Counted from the stretch's first letter, positions 7,568 to 19,315 are shown. The stretch: 32,000 bases of DNA from Wigglesworthia glossinidia endosymbiont of Glossina morsitans morsitans (Yale colony) (GCF_000247565.1 NC_016893.1:450001-482000); one strand, 5' to 3'. Notes: generated by a model from the letters alone, not told the origin. Numbers and translations: made by a program.

Positions 7568-10228
7568 ATGTCAAAGCATTCATATTACGATATAGATATT
7601 AGCGAAACGCACGAATGGATAGAATCTATTCAAGCAGTAATTAAATCTGATGGAATTTTAAGAGCACAGTACTTAATTGATAAAATTTCACAAGAAGCTA
7701 AAAAAAACTGTAACGATCAAATAATGTATAATCAAAATTATGTGAACAGCATTTCTGTAGAAGAAGAGCCTCTATATCCAGGAGATTTACAATTAGAACG
7801 TCGCATTCGTTCTGTAATTAGATGGAATGCAGTCATGATGGTTTTAAAAGCTTCTCAAAAAAATTTAGAATTAGGAGGTCATATATCATCTTTTCAATCT
7901 GCTGCAACTATTTATGAAGTTTGTTTTAATCATTTTTTTCGCGGGCCTGAATCTAATGATGGAGGAGACCTAGTATATTTTCAAGGTCATATTTCACCGG
8001 GCATTTATGCTCGTGCTTTTCTTGAAGGTCGCTTAACTAAAGAACATCTTGATAATTTTAGACAAGAAACAAATGGTTGCGGATTATCATCTTATCCTCA
8101 TCCAAAACTCATGCCAAATTTTTGGCAATTCCCTACAGTTTCTATGGGGCTAGGTGCAATAAGCGGAATTTATCAAGCAAAATTTCTTAAATATTTGCAT
8201 CATAGAAAAATCAAAAATACCGAAAAAAAAGTAGTTTATGTTTTTTTAGGCGATGGAGAAATGGATGAACCTGAATCTAAAGGAGCTATTAATATAGCAG
8301 CTCGTGAAAAATTAGATAATTTAATTTTTATTGTAAACTGCAATTTACAAAGATTAGATGGTCCTGTATATGGAAACGGAAAAGTTATTAATGAACTTAC
8401 AGATTTTTTTCAAGGTTCAGGCTGGGAAGTAATTAGAGTAATTTGGGGAAGTAAATGGGATAGTCTTTTAAAAAGAGATACATCTGGAAAATTAATTCAA
8501 CTAATGAATGAAACTGTCGATGGAGATTATCAAAATTTGAAGTCTAAAAATGGAGCATACATTAGAAAAAATTTTTTTGGAAAGTTTCCTGAAACTCAAC
8601 AACTAGTACAAGATATGACTGACGACGAAATATGGAATTTGAACAGAGGTGGACATGATCCGAAAAAAATATATGCTGCTTTTAAAAAAGCTAAAAATAT
8701 TCAAAATAAACCAGTGATAATACTTACACATACAGTGAAAGGATATGGAATGGGAGACTTGGCAGAAGGGAAAAATATAGCACATCAAATAAAAAAAATG
8801 AACGAAACTAGCATAAAAAATTTTCGTAATAGATTTGATCTATACGATATCAAAGATGATCAATTAAGTATTATGCCGTATATTTCACTGAAAAAAAAAT
8901 CTCAAGAATACGAATATTTACACAATTGTCGAAAAAAATTGTTTGGATATTTACCTAAAAGAACACATACTTATGCTTCAATTAATCATGTACCTTTACT
9001 TGAAGATTTTTCATCTCTTTTAAAAGAACAAAAAAAAAATATTTCCACTACAATAGGTTTTGTGCGAATACTAAATATTTTACTAAATAATCAATCTATT
9101 GCAAAATATTTAGTGCCAATTATTGCAGATGAAGCACGTACATTTGGAATGGAAGGATTATTTCGTCAAATTGGAATTTATAATCAACATGGACAAAAAT
9201 ATATTCCTCAAGATCAAGAGCAATTAGCATATTATAAAGAAGAAAAAAAAGGACAAATTTTGCAAGAAGGTATTAACGAATTAGGAGCAACTGCTTCATG
9301 GATAGCAGCCGCAACTTCCTATAGCACTAATAAAATTACTATGATTCCATTTTATATTTATTATTCAATATTTGGATTTCAAAGAGTTGGAGATTTGATA
9401 TGGTCTGCAAGCGATCAGGGAGCAAGAGGTTTTTTAATTGGCGCTACATCTGGACGAACTACTTTAAATGGAGAAGGATTACAACATGCAGATGGACATA
9501 GCCACATCCAATCTTTAGTAATTCCTAATTGTATTTCTTATAATCCAACATATGTATATGAATTAGCCGTTATCATACAGAACGGTTTGCAACGAATGTA
9601 TGGTATAAATCCTGAAAATATTTTTTATTACATTACTACTTTAAATGAAAATTATTATATGCCATCTATTCCAAGTGGAGTAGAAGAAGGAATTTGTAGA
9701 GGTATATATAAATTAGAATCTTTTTATTCTGGAAGTAAAAAAGTCCAATTAATTGGATCAGGTGCAATATTAAGAGAAGTGAGAAAAGCAGCTCAAATTT
9801 TATATGAAAAATATAGTATTAGTGTCGATGTGTACAGCGCGACTTCATTGACTGAAATAGCACGTAATGGACAAGACTGCATGAGATGGAATACGTTGCA
9901 TCCAACGAAAGAACCGCGTATACCATATATTAGTCAAATTATGAACGCCGCTCCCGTTGTAGCATCTACAGACTACATTAAATTATTTGCGGAGCAAATC
10001 AGGAATTTTATTCCGTCAAATATTTTCAAAGTATTAGGTACTGACGGATTTGGATGCTCTGATAGTCGAGAAAATTTACGTAAACATTTTGAAATTAATT
10101 CAGGATATATTGTTGTTAATGCCTTAAGTGCTTTATATGAAGCACATAGTATAACATCAGAAATTGTAGTGCAAGCAATTAAAACTTTTAATATTGATGT
10201 CGATAAAATCAATCCCCGTTTAGTTTAA
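7568..10228 (+). CDS. aceE: Pyruvate dehydrogenase E1 component (homodimeric type)
   Basis: 886 aa, near end-to-end match to E. coli AceE. TPP motif GDGEMDEPESKGAINIAAREKLDNLIFIVNCNLQRLDGP. RBS-like AGGAG at 7552-7556. Confidence 0.98.
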   Translation: MSKHSYYDIDISETHEWIESIQAVIKSDGILRAQYLIDKISQEAKKNCNDQIMYNQNYVNSISVEEEPLYPGDLQLERRIRSVIRWNAVMMVLKASQKNLELGGHISSFQSAATIYEVCFNHFFRGPESNDGGDLVYFQGHISPGIYARAFLEGRLTKEHLDNFRQETNGCGLSSYPHPKLMPNFWQFPTVSMGLGAISGIYQAKFLKYLHHRKIKNTEKKVVYVFLGDGEMDEPESKGAINIAAREKLDNLIFIVNCNLQRLDGPVYGNGKVINELTDFFQGSGWEVIRVIWGSKWDSLLKRDTSGKLIQLMNETVDGDYQNLKSKNGAYIRKNFFGKFPETQQLVQDMTDDEIWNLNRGGHDPKKIYAAFKKAKNIQNKPVIILTHTVKGYGMGDLAEGKNIAHQIKKMNETSIKNFRNRFDLYDIKDDQLSIMPYISLKKKSQEYEYLHNCRKKLFGYLPKRTHTYASINHVPLLEDFSSLLKEQKKNISTTIGFVRILNILLNNQSIAKYLVPIIADEARTFGMEGLFRQIGIYNQHGQKYIPQDQEQLAYYKEEKKGQILQEGINELGATASWIAAATSYSTNKITMIPFYIYYSIFGFQRVGDLIWSASDQGARGFLIGATSGRTTLNGEGLQHADGHSHIQSLVIPNCISYNPTYVYELAVIIQNGLQRMYGINPENIFYYITTLNENYYMPSIPSGVEEGICRGIYKLESFYSGSKKVQLIGSGAILREVRKAAQILYEKYSISVDVYSATSLTEIARNGQDCMRWNTLHPTKEPRIPYISQIMNAAPVVASTDYIKLFAEQIRNFIPSNIFKVLGTDGFGCSDSRENLRKHFEINSGYIVVNALSALYEAHSITSEIVVQAIKTFNIDVDKINPRLV

Positions 10229-10241
10229 TAAAGGATAACAG

Positions 10242-11735
10242 ATGAATACCGTGGTTAAAATTCCAGATATCGGGATAGAAGATGCAGAAGTAACAGAAAT
10301 ATTAGTAAAAATAGAAGATAAAATTAAGAAAGAACAAGCACTGATTACAGTTGAAGGAGATAAAGCATCTATGCAAATCCCTTCTCCTATCTCAGGGATT
10401 TTAAAAAAAATTATGGTAAAAATTGGAGATAAAGTATCTACTAATCAAGAAATTATGTTTTTTGAAAAAACTGATAAAAATGATAAATTTATTGCCAAAA
10501 AAATGCTAAAAAAAGTTGAAAAAAAATTACTTGATTCTAAACATGAAGAGTTTAAAAAAATATATGCTAGTGAATTAGGAATATTGAATCGTGCCGAAAT
10601 TATACGTGTATCAATTCATGAAGAAAATAATATAAAAATTAATTCTCCTATTTTAATTATTCAAGATTGCAAAGGAACTAGAAAAATTTTATCAACAATT
10701 TCTGGAATAGTAAAAAATGTTCAAATTAAAGCTGGTGATCACGTTGACCCTGACACATTACTTTATGATATTTATGTTTCTAAAATTTTTGAAAAAAAAC
10801 CAAAAAATTTGTTAAAAACCATAATTCAAAATAATCAAATATATGCTAGTCCATTAATAAGACGCATTGCATTAAAATATAATATTAATTTATCTCATAT
10901 ACACGGTAGCGGTCGTAAAGGAAGAATTTTACCTACAGATCTTGAGAAATATATTAATATTTATGAAAATAATCAACTGAGTCAAAATACGAAAAATGTT
11001 CAAAGTTTTTCAGAAGATTCACAGTACGAAGTATATGGAAAAATTGAAATTCAAGAATTGACGAAAATAAAAAAAGTTTCTGGAAAAAATTTATCTAAAA
11101 ATTGGAAAAATATCCCACATGTAACACAATTTGATCAGGCAGATATTCATGAATTAGAAATTTTTAGAAAAAATCAAAATATTATATTACAAAAAAAAAA
11201 TAAAATAAAAATTACAATTTTATCTTTTGTTATTAAAGCTGTTATTGCAACTTTGAAAGAGTATCCTCAATTTAATAGTTCTTTATCTCAAGATCAAAAA
11301 AAAATATTTTTGAAAAAATATTTTAATATCGGTATTGCTGTAAATACAGAACAAGGATTAATGGTACCCATAATTTTTAATGCGGATTCAAAAGGGATTC
11401 TAGAAATCTCTCAAGAGATATCAAATATTGCAAAAAAAGCTAGATCAGGAATATTGTCCAATAAAGATATGAAAGGTGGATGTTTTACAATATCTAATCT
11501 AGGAGGTATTGGAGGAAAAGAATTTACTCCAATTATTAACGCTCCAGAAGTAGCAATTTTAGGAATTTCTCAGGCGAGTATACAAGCTATTTGGAACGGC
11601 GATACTTTTGTGCCCAAATTAATGTTGCCATTATCTTTATCTTATGATCATCGCGTCATCGATGGCGTAGAAGGTGCTAAATTTATTAATTTTTTTAAAA
11701 ACCTTATATCTGATATTAGATTACTAATATTGTGA
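10242..11735 (+). CDS. aceF: Pyruvate dehydrogenase E2 component (dihydrolipoamide acetyltransferase) with shortened lipoyl region
   Basis: 497 aa. Canonical lipoyl domain (VEGDKASMQIP), a second degenerate one (IIQDCKGTRKILSTISG), an E3-binding domain (ASPLIRRIALKYNINLSHIHGSGRKGRILPTDLEKYI) and the catalytic SYDHRVIDGVEGAKF. Confidence 0.96.
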   Translation: MNTVVKIPDIGIEDAEVTEILVKIEDKIKKEQALITVEGDKASMQIPSPISGILKKIMVKIGDKVSTNQEIMFFEKTDKNDKFIAKKMLKKVEKKLLDSKHEEFKKIYASELGILNRAEIIRVSIHEENNIKINSPILIIQDCKGTRKILSTISGIVKNVQIKAGDHVDPDTLLYDIYVSKIFEKKPKNLLKTIIQNNQIYASPLIRRIALKYNINLSHIHGSGRKGRILPTDLEKYINIYENNQLSQNTKNVQSFSEDSQYEVYGKIEIQELTKIKKVSGKNLSKNWKNIPHVTQFDQADIHELEIFRKNQNIILQKKNKIKITILSFVIKAVIATLKEYPQFNSSLSQDQKKIFLKKYFNIGIAVNTEQGLMVPIIFNADSKGILEISQEISNIAKKARSGILSNKDMKGGCFTISNLGGIGGKEFTPIINAPEVAILGISQASIQAIWNGDTFVPKLMLPLSLSYDHRVIDGVEGAKFINFFKNLISDIRLLIL

Positions 11736-11797
11736 TTTCTATGATTTTTTTAAAAAATTAAATACAATTAACTTTTAATAGAAATTAAGGCTTACAT

Positions 11798-13228
11798 ATG
11801 AATACAAATGTTATTAAAACCCAAGTTGTAGTGCTTGGATCGGGTCCAAGCGGATATTCTGCTGCATTTCGCTGTGCAGATTTAGGACTAAAAACAGTTT
11901 TGATTGAACAATTTTCTGCGTTAGGTGGTGTATGCTTAAATGTTGGATGTATTCCATCTAAGTCATTGTTACATATTGCACAAATTTTAAATGAAACAAA
12001 GATGTTAAAAAATGCAGGAATATTATTTAACAAACCTAAAATAGATTTATTTCAAATGAGACAATGGAAATCTGAAATTATCTTAAAACTTACTAATGGT
12101 TTGAAATCAATGGCAAATGCTAGAAAAGTCGAAATTATACATGGTTATGGAAATTTTGTAGATTCACATATATTAAGCATAAAAAATCATGAAAAAACAA
12201 TTACATTAAACTTTGATCAAGCTATTATTGCAGTAGGATCAAAACCAATACAACAAACTCTTATTAAAGAACCAAACGAAAAAATTTGGGATTCTACAGA
12301 TGCTTTAAAAATTAGTTTTATTCCAAAAAGATTACTAATTGTTGGAGGCGGCATTATTGGTTTAGAAATGGCAACTATTTATCATGCGTTAGGATCAGAA
12401 ATATATATCTCCGAAATATCTGAACAAATCATTTCTGCAGCCGATTCAGACGTAATAGAGAGTTTTTATAAAAATATAAAACATAAATTTAATATTATGT
12501 TAAATACTAAAATTAATAATCTACGCACCTCGAATAATCATGTTCAAGTAGAATTGAATAATACTAAAAATAATAAAATAACAAATATGTCATTTCATGC
12601 GGTTTTATTTTCTATAGGTCGTAGTCCAAATTCAAAATTGATTAATGTTCAGGATATTGGAGTAGAAGTAGATAAATCAGGATATATAAAAGTGGATAAT
12701 CAAATGCGTACCAATATACCACATATTTACGCTATTGGAGATGTTATTGGACAACCTATGTTAGCTCATAAAGGAATGTATCAAGGTCACATAGCAGCAG
12801 AAGTTATTTATGGAGAAAAACACTACTTTGATCCTAAAGTAATTCCATCAATTGCATATACTTATCCAGAAGTTTCTTGGGTTGGAATTACAGAAAAAGA
12901 AGCAAAAATAAACAAATTATCATATGAATCTTCTACTTTCCCTTGGAGTGCTTTAGGAAGAGCAGTGTCTTCTGGTTACAATGGTATGACTAAATTAATC
13001 TTTCATAAAGATACAAAAAGAATTATTGGAGGCGCTGTAGTCGGTTGTAATAGCAGTGAAATTCTCGGCGAAATTAGTTTGGCAATTGAAATGGGTTGCG
13101 ACGTGAATGATATTGCTTTAACAATTCATGCGCATCCAACGCTACATGAATCTATTGGAAGAGCATCTGAAATGTTTTCTGGAACTATTACTGATTTTTT
13201 AAATAAAAAAACTAAAAATATAGTTTAA
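11798..13228 (+). CDS. lpd: Dihydrolipoyl dehydrogenase (E3)
   Basis: 476 aa. GSGPSGYSAAFRCADLG, redox motif GGVCLNVGCIPSKSLLH, and C-terminal HAHPTLHES. Confidence 0.98.
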   Translation: MNTNVIKTQVVVLGSGPSGYSAAFRCADLGLKTVLIEQFSALGGVCLNVGCIPSKSLLHIAQILNETKMLKNAGILFNKPKIDLFQMRQWKSEIILKLTNGLKSMANARKVEIIHGYGNFVDSHILSIKNHEKTITLNFDQAIIAVGSKPIQQTLIKEPNEKIWDSTDALKISFIPKRLLIVGGGIIGLEMATIYHALGSEIYISEISEQIISAADSDVIESFYKNIKHKFNIMLNTKINNLRTSNNHVQVELNNTKNNKITNMSFHAVLFSIGRSPNSKLINVQDIGVEVDKSGYIKVDNQMRTNIPHIYAIGDVIGQPMLAHKGMYQGHIAAEVIYGEKHYFDPKVIPSIAYTYPEVSWVGITEKEAKINKLSYESSTFPWSALGRAVSSGYNGMTKLIFHKDTKRIIGGAVVGCNSSEILGEISLAIEMGCDVNDIALTIHAHPTLHESIGRASEMFSGTITDFLNKKTKNIV

Positions 13229-13266
13229 ATTATAATTGGAATAAAAATAATTTAAAAATTTAAATT

Positions 13267-14061
13267 TTATATTGCTATTGGTGCTTTTATTTTAGGATGA
13301 TAACGATAATTCATTAAATGAAAATTTTCAAATTTGTAATTAAATAAAGATTTCGGTTTTTTCACTAATGAAATTTTAGGTGATCGAAAAGGTGTACGAT
13401 TTATTTGTAATTTAGCTTGTTCTAAATGACTTTTATACAAATGTATATCGCCTCCAGTCCAAATTAATTCTCCAATATCAAGATCGCATTGTTGCGCAAA
13501 CATATGTAATAGCAAAGCATAGCTAGCTAAATTAAATGGCAAACCAAGAAAAATATCACAGGATCGCTGATATACTTGACAAGATAAAGTATCATTCACA
13601 ACATAAAATTGAAATAAGACATGACATGGAGGAAGCGCCATAAATTTTAAATCGCTAACATTCCAGGAAGAAACTAAGATTCTTCTAGATTCTGGAGTAT
13701 GCTTTAATTGATACAAAGCAATCGATATTTGATCAATTGTAGAAAAATTATCAACATTCCAAGATCTCCATTGTTTTCCATATATCGGTCCTAAATTTCC
13801 TTGGAAATCAGCCCATTCATCCCAAATAGATACTTTATGTTTATTTAAGTACGAAATATTTGTATCTCCATTTAAAAACCATAACAATTCATATACTATT
13901 GATTTAAAATGACAATACTTTGTAGTTAACAAAGGAAATCCATGTTTTAAACTTATTCGTATTTGATGTCCAAAAATAGATAGAGTGCCTATTTTAGTAC
14001 GATCTTTTTTTTCAAAACCATGATGTAAAGTAAAATTTAATAAATTCAAGTATTGTTTCAT
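13267..14061 (-). CDS. thyA: Thymidylate synthase
   Basis: 264 aa. [47 protein letters not shown] and [12 protein letters not shown]. Confidence 0.98.
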   Translation of the reverse strand: MKQYLNLLNFTLHHGFEKKDRTKIGTLSIFGHQIRISLKHGFPLLTTKYCHFKSIVYELLWFLNGDTNISYLNKHKVSIWDEWADFQGNLGPIYGKQWRSWNVDNFSTIDQISIALYQLKHTPESRRILVSSWNVSDLKFMALPPCHVLFQFYVVNDTLSCQVYQRSCDIFLGLPFNLASYALLLHMFAQQCDLDIGELIWTGGDIHLYKSHLEQAKLQINRTPFRSPKISLVKKPKSLFNYKFENFHLMNYRYHPKIKAPIAI

Positions 14062-14063
14062 TT

Positions 14064-14927
14064 TTATTTTAATTTTCTTTTAATATTACAAGATGAATAT
14101 ACAATTAATATAATTCCGATAAAAATCATAGGAAAAGATAATATTTGACCTAAACTTAAATAATTAAATAACAATCCTATCTGAGGATCTGGCTGTCGAA
14201 AAAACTCTGCTATTGTTCTAAAAAGTCCATATAATAACAAAAATAATCCAGAAATATATCCTGTCGGTTTGCATTTTTTCACAAAACAATTAAGTATTAT
14301 AAATAATAATACGCCTTCTAAAAACATTTCATATATTTGTGACATATGTCTTGGTAAAACATGATATTTGTCAAAAATTATTTGCCATTGAGGATTAGTT
14401 TTAAGTAATTCAAGATCTTCTGATCTTGAATTAGGAAATAACATAGTTAAACAAAAAGATGTATTTACTCTTCCCCATAATTCACCGTTAATAAAGTTTC
14501 CTATCCTTCCGGCACCTAATCCGAATGGTACTAAAGGCGCAAAAAAATCAGTTATTTTAAAAAATTGATATCGATATCTTTTTGAAAAATAATACATTGC
14601 ACAAATAGCTCCAGTTAAACCACCGTGAAATGACATTCCACCTTCCCATATTTTAAATATGTAATATGGATCTAAAAATAACATATTTATCTTATATAAT
14701 AGTACATATCCAAGTCTTCCACCAATTACGGCGCTTAAAAAAGAATAATACAGTATATTTTCTATTTTTTTTTTATTTAAATGAATTAGATCTATGCGCT
14801 TACTTGCACACCACATTATAAAATAAAAACTTATTAAATACATTATTCCATACCAATGAATAGAAAATATGCCAAAAGAAAAAAGTATAGGATTATATTG
14901 AGGAAACATTAAATAGCAATTTGTCAT
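14064..14927 (-). CDS. lgt: Phosphatidylglycerol-prolipoprotein diacylglyceryl transferase
   Basis: 287 aa. [15 protein letters not shown] and [20 protein letters not shown]. Adjacent to thyA as in E. coli. Confidence 0.97.
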   Translation of the reverse strand: MTNCYLMFPQYNPILFSFGIFSIHWYGIMYLISFYFIMWCASKRIDLIHLNKKKIENILYYSFLSAVIGGRLGYVLLYKINMLFLDPYYIFKIWEGGMSFHGGLTGAICAMYYFSKRYRYQFFKITDFFAPLVPFGLGAGRIGNFINGELWGRVNTSFCLTMLFPNSRSEDLELLKTNPQWQIIFDKYHVLPRHMSQIYEMFLEGVLLFIILNCFVKKCKPTGYISGLFLLLYGLFRTIAEFFRQPDPQIGLLFNYLSLGQILSFPMIFIGIILIVYSSCNIKRKLK

Positions 14928-15128
14928 ATTAAATTTTATTTATTTTGAGTATTTAAAATTAAATTTTATTTATTAATAATATATAATATTTATTCAAACT
15001 TGAATAAAAACTTAAAAAGTTTTATATTTACTTAACATATTAAATTCAATCTTAATATACATTTAAAAATTTAAAATATCATTTATTTTATATAAAAATA
15101 ATTATATTAACTAAATAAATAAATTAAA

Positions 15129-15935
15129 ATGGAAAAAATTTATCAGATTTTATCTATTTCTGGAACAGATCCAAGCGGAGGTGCCGGCATGCAAGCAGAT
15201 TTAAAAACGTTTGCAGCGCTAGGCGTTTATGGAGCCTCCGTTATCACATCTTTAGTATCTCAAAATACTCTTGGAATACAAAAAATTTTTTCTGTTTCAG
15301 AAAAGTGCATAATAAGTCAAATAGACTCCGTAATTAGTGATCTAAAAATTAGTGCGATTAAAATCGGTATGATTTTAAAATCTTCTGTTATTCATATAAT
15401 TTCTGAAAAACTTCAAAAGTGTTTTGTTCCATGGATTGTATTAGATCCAGTAATTTTTGCAAAAGATGGTTCTAGATTGTTAAATCAAGAAGCAGAAAAT
15501 CTTTTAAAAAATACCTTAATACCTCATGCATCTATTATTACACCAAATTTATTAGAAGCAGGATTATTATTAAGTCGACCTACAGCATGTAATGAAAAAC
15601 AAATGCAAGAGCAAGGCAGATCTCTTTTGAAATATGGATGTAAATCAGTTTTGATAAAGGGAGGACATTTAAATACTAAAAATAGTCCGGATTGGTTTAT
15701 TAGTAAAGAAAATGAAATTAGATTTAATACAGATCGCATCTTCACTAAAAATACTCATGGTACAGGATGTACCTTATCTGCTGCATTAGCTGCTTTACGT
15801 CCAAAATGTAAAAATTGGGAAACTACCATTAAATTAGCAAAAAAATGGTTAACAGGCGCTATATTAAACGCAAATCAATTAAAAATTGGACACGGGAATG
15901 GTCCGGTACATCATTTTTACAAAGTTTGGAAATAA
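15129..15935 (+). CDS. thiD: Hydroxymethylpyrimidine/phosphomethylpyrimidine kinase
   Basis: 268 aa. ISGTDPSGGAGMQADLKTFAALGVYGASVITSLVSQNT, LDPVIFAKDG and FTKNTHGTGCTLSAALAA. Confidence 0.96.
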   Translation: MEKIYQILSISGTDPSGGAGMQADLKTFAALGVYGASVITSLVSQNTLGIQKIFSVSEKCIISQIDSVISDLKISAIKIGMILKSSVIHIISEKLQKCFVPWIVLDPVIFAKDGSRLLNQEAENLLKNTLIPHASIITPNLLEAGLLLSRPTACNEKQMQEQGRSLLKYGCKSVLIKGGHLNTKNSPDWFISKENEIRFNTDRIFTKNTHGTGCTLSAALAALRPKCKNWETTIKLAKKWLTGAILNANQLKIGHGNGPVHHFYKVWK

Positions 15936-15960
15936 ACATTCTCAATCAAATTAATATAAG

Positions 15961-16626
15961 TTATAATTTACTATTATTAGTAATTTGTAAAAATTCATTT
16001 CTCAAATGCAATTGATCACGAAATTTGCCACCAAACGCTAATGTTTTTGTGTTACTTTCAGAATCTTTAATTCCTCGCGCTCTTACACAAAAATGACGAG
16101 CGCGTATTGAAACTGCTACGTTTTTTGTACTGAGTAAAATTTGCAAAGCAATTAAAATTTGACGTGTAAGTCGTTCTTGTATTTGAGGACGTTTAGAAAA
16201 AAAATTGACAATTCGATTTATTTTAGATAAACCAATTAAGACGTATTCGGGAATATAAGCAACAGTTGCTTTTCCTTCAAAAACTAAGAAATGATGCTCA
16301 CATATACTATGAAAAATGATATCGTCTATAATAATCATCTCGTTAATTTTTGTTATATTTTTTATAACAGTTATTTTAGGAAAATTAGCATAATTCAATC
16401 CAGAAAAAATTTCTTCTATATACATTCGTGCAATTCGCAATGGTGTTTGCGACAAACTATCGTTAGTTAAATTTAAATTCAAAAGCTTCATAATTTTTTG
16501 AATGTATTTGGCAATCAATACTTTTTTTTGTTTTATATCTTTAAAACAATTAAAAAAAGGATTTTCTAAACCTTGAGATATCAATGCATGTTTCACTTGC
16601 AAAGCTTCTTTCGTAAATTTTGACAT
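15961..16626 (-). CDS. folE: GTP cyclohydrolase I
   Basis: Conserved ICEHHFLVFEGKATVAYIPEYVLIGLSKINRIVNFFSKRPQIQERLTRQI and HFCVRARGI. The track ORF begins at 16665, but alignment with E. coli MPSLSKEA suggests the start at the internal ATG 16626 (MSKFTKEA). Confidence 0.94.
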   Translation of the reverse strand: MSKFTKEALQVKHALISQGLENPFFNCFKDIKQKKVLIAKYIQKIMKLLNLNLTNDSLSQTPLRIARMYIEEIFSGLNYANFPKITVIKNITKINEMIIIDDIIFHSICEHHFLVFEGKATVAYIPEYVLIGLSKINRIVNFFSKRPQIQERLTRQILIALQILLSTKNVAVSIRARHFCVRARGIKDSESNTKTLAFGGKFRDQLHLRNEFLQITNNSKL

Positions 16627-16839
16627 ATATTTCTCAAATAAATTTATTTTAGATTTTTTGATCAATTTTAATTAGGATTTTTTTTAGAAATGTAAAAACA
16701 TTAATTATATTAAAAATTTTTTATTGCATTTATTTTAATCAAAAGTAATATTTAAAGTATTTTTAAATCAAACTTATTCCAAGCATAGCTTCTAAAGTTT
16801 AAAAAATCAGAGAATATATGAATTTATTTACTTTATACC

Positions 16840-17982
16840 CTAAAAATCACGTAATAATTGTGCTTTATCAATTTTTTCCCAAGGAAAATGACTTTTACTA
16901 AAATGTCCATATACCGAAGTTTCTTGATAAATAGGTCTAAGTAAACCCAACATTTTTATGATTCCATATGGGCGTAAGTCAAAATATTTATTAATTAAGT
17001 ATATCAAACTTTTATTAGAAATTTTTTGCGTTCCAAAAGTTTCTACAGACATAGAAATTGGATGAGATACGCCAATTGCATATGAAATTTGGATTTCGCA
17101 ACATTCAGCTAATCCTGATGCAACAATATTTTTTGCTATATATCGTAAAGCATACGTTGCAGAACGATCGACTTTAGATGGATCTTTTCCGGAAAGTGAA
17201 CCGCCTCCATGACGTGCCATACCTCCATATGTATCTGCTATTATTTTTCTTCCAGTTAATCCGCAATCTCCCATTGGACCACCAATTACGAATCTTCCAG
17301 TAGGATTTATAAAATATTTTGTTTTTTTAGTAATCCATTTTTTTGGTAATGTTGGTTGAATAATTTCTTCCATAATTCCTGATCGCAAATCAGTAAGTGT
17401 TACATCTTCAGAATGTTGTGTAGAAAAAACTACTGTATCAATTCCAATAATTTTTTTATTTTCATATATGAAAGTAACTTGACTTTTAGCATCTGGCCGT
17501 AACCAAGGCAAAATATTTTTTTTTCTTACTATAGATTGTTTGAGCATTAATTTGTTTGCATAAGCAATTGGCGCTGGCATAAATGCATCAGTTTCATTGG
17601 TGGCATATCCAAAAATTATTCCTTGATCGCCAGCACCTTGATGTACAGTATGAAATTTATCTAATCCAATTACAATATCTTCGGACTGTTTACTGATATT
17701 ATTTAATATAGCACAAGAGTTAGCATCGAATCCCATATTAGAATGAATATATCCAATATTTCGAATGGTATTTCGTATTAATTTTTCAATATCAATTTTT
17801 GCATTTGTATGGATTTCTCCACCAACTAAAACGATTCCAGTTTTTACATATGTTTCACACGCAACTCTTGCTTGCGTATCTTGTGTTAAGATAGCATCCA
17901 AAATTACATCAGAAATTTGATCTGCTATTTTATCTGGATGTCCTTCTGATACAGATTCAGATGTAAATAATGATTGATTCAT
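16840..17982 (-). CDS. metK: S-adenosylmethionine synthetase
   Basis: 380 aa. [60 protein letters not shown] and [11 protein letters not shown]. Confidence 0.98.
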   Translation of the reverse strand: MNQSLFTSESVSEGHPDKIADQISDVILDAILTQDTQARVACETYVKTGIVLVGGEIHTNAKIDIEKLIRNTIRNIGYIHSNMGFDANSCAILNNISKQSEDIVIGLDKFHTVHQGAGDQGIIFGYATNETDAFMPAPIAYANKLMLKQSIVRKKNILPWLRPDAKSQVTFIYENKKIIGIDTVVFSTQHSEDVTLTDLRSGIMEEIIQPTLPKKWITKKTKYFINPTGRFVIGGPMGDCGLTGRKIIADTYGGMARHGGGSLSGKDPSKVDRSATYALRYIAKNIVASGLAECCEIQISYAIGVSHPISMSVETFGTQKISNKSLIYLINKYFDLRPYGIIKMLGLLRPIYQETSVYGHFSKSHFPWEKIDKAQLLRDF

Positions 17983-18606
17983 GATATCCTTTTATTTATT
18001 AAATATTTTATTAAATTTTAAAATTTTTTTATTTATATAAAATGTATACATTACATTAAATTTCAGTTTACTATATAATGAATAAAAACAATATTATTTT
18101 ATAATATTAAATTAATACTAGCAACTTTTAATTTTGTAAATTGATATAAAATAAAACAATTTTTTTCTGTATTAAATAATTTACATAAAATAATTTTTAA
18201 TAAAAATATCGACATAATTGAATTTAAATTTTATAACAAAACATGAATTTTATTAAATAAATAATTTTATTTATATATAATACTTATATATACTAATAAC
18301 TTTTAGTTAAAAATTTGAAATTTATTCGTAAACATATCATTAAAAATATAAAATCTAAATGTCTTTTTAAGATATATTATAAATATATCAAACCAAAATT
18401 CTAATTTTCAAATATTATTTTTTTAGTAAAAACTTTCATATAAAACAAATTTAAATTTTAATGTTATTTATAAAATTAAATTTATTTACTTTAAAATTAT
18501 AAATTGTACATATAGATAACAATCTAAGAAATTATAATTAAATATTAATGACAAAAATATAAGAAATACTTAGTATTAACTTAAAAAATTATTTTTAACG
18601 AATCAT

Positions 18607-19155
18607 ATGCGTTTAAATATACCAACTTACCTTACTTTATTTCGATTAAGTATCATACCTTTATTTATTATTGTTTTTTATCTTCCATGTAAAGATGCTT
18701 CATTGTATTCTGCAATAATTTTTATATTAGCAGCACTTACAGATTGGTTTGACGGATTTTTAGCACGTCGCTTAAATCAAACTACTTGCTTTGGTGCTTT
18801 TCTTGATCCAGTAGCTGATAAAATTATAGTAGTAATCGGATTAATATTAATTATCGAATATTTTCATTCTTTTTGGATTACATTACCTTCTTCTATTATG
18901 ATTACAAGAGAAATTATTATTGCTTCTTTAAGGGAATGGATGGCAGAATTAGGAAAAAATAATATGCTTGCAGTTTCTGTTTTAGGAAAGTTAAAAACTG
19001 GTATACAAATGTTAGCAATTTTTGCGCTTCTTTGGAAAGAAACTTATAGCATTATAATCATTGGTATATTAGCATTATATACAGCTGCTATTTTAGCGTT
19101 TTGGTCTATGTTGAAATATTTTTACATTGCTTGGAGAGATTTGTTTGAAAATTAA
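18607..19155 (+). CDS. pgsA: CDP-diacylglycerol-glycerol-3-phosphate 3-phosphatidyltransferase
   Basis: 182 aa. CDP-alcohol phosphotransferase motif TDWFDGFLARRLNQTTCFGAFLDPVADKI. Followed by the tRNA cluster glyW-cysT-leuZ as in E. coli. Confidence 0.96.
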   Translation: MRLNIPTYLTLFRLSIIPLFIIVFYLPCKDASLYSAIIFILAALTDWFDGFLARRLNQTTCFGAFLDPVADKIIVVIGLILIIEYFHSFWITLPSSIMITREIIIASLREWMAELGKNNMLAVSVLGKLKTGIQMLAIFALLWKETYSIIIIGILALYTAAILAFWSMLKYFYIAWRDLFEN

Positions 19156-19221
19156 AATTACTCTTGATGATTTTTATTTATTAGTTCATAATAATTATTA
19201 TATTTGTGTATAATTAAATTA

Positions 19222-19293
19222 GCGGAAGTAGCTCAGAGGAAGAGCATAACCTTGCCAAGGTTGAGGTCGCGAGTTCAAATCTCGTCTTCCGCT
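19222..19293 (+). tRNA. glyW: tRNA-Gly (anticodon GCC)
   Basis: Acceptor GCGGAAG/CTTCCGC, D-arm GCTC...GAGC, anticodon loop TTGCCAA, T-loop TTCAAAT. No encoded CCA. Confidence 0.97.
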
Positions 19294-19315
19294 ATTAGTT
19301 TCAGTTTTCGAAACA

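Noticed and set aside
8603-8788. Minus-strand ORFs inside aceE (8603-8788, 9973-10212), lpd (11785-12033) and thiD (15524-15745)
   Set aside because: They are antisense shadows of strongly conserved genes, with no independent coding signature or RBS.
15961-16665. N-terminal extension of FolE (MIKKSKINLFEKY) as a novel domain
   Set aside because: Only 13 residues long, and an in-frame ATG at 16626 matches the normal start of FolE. It is most likely an over-extended ORF call.
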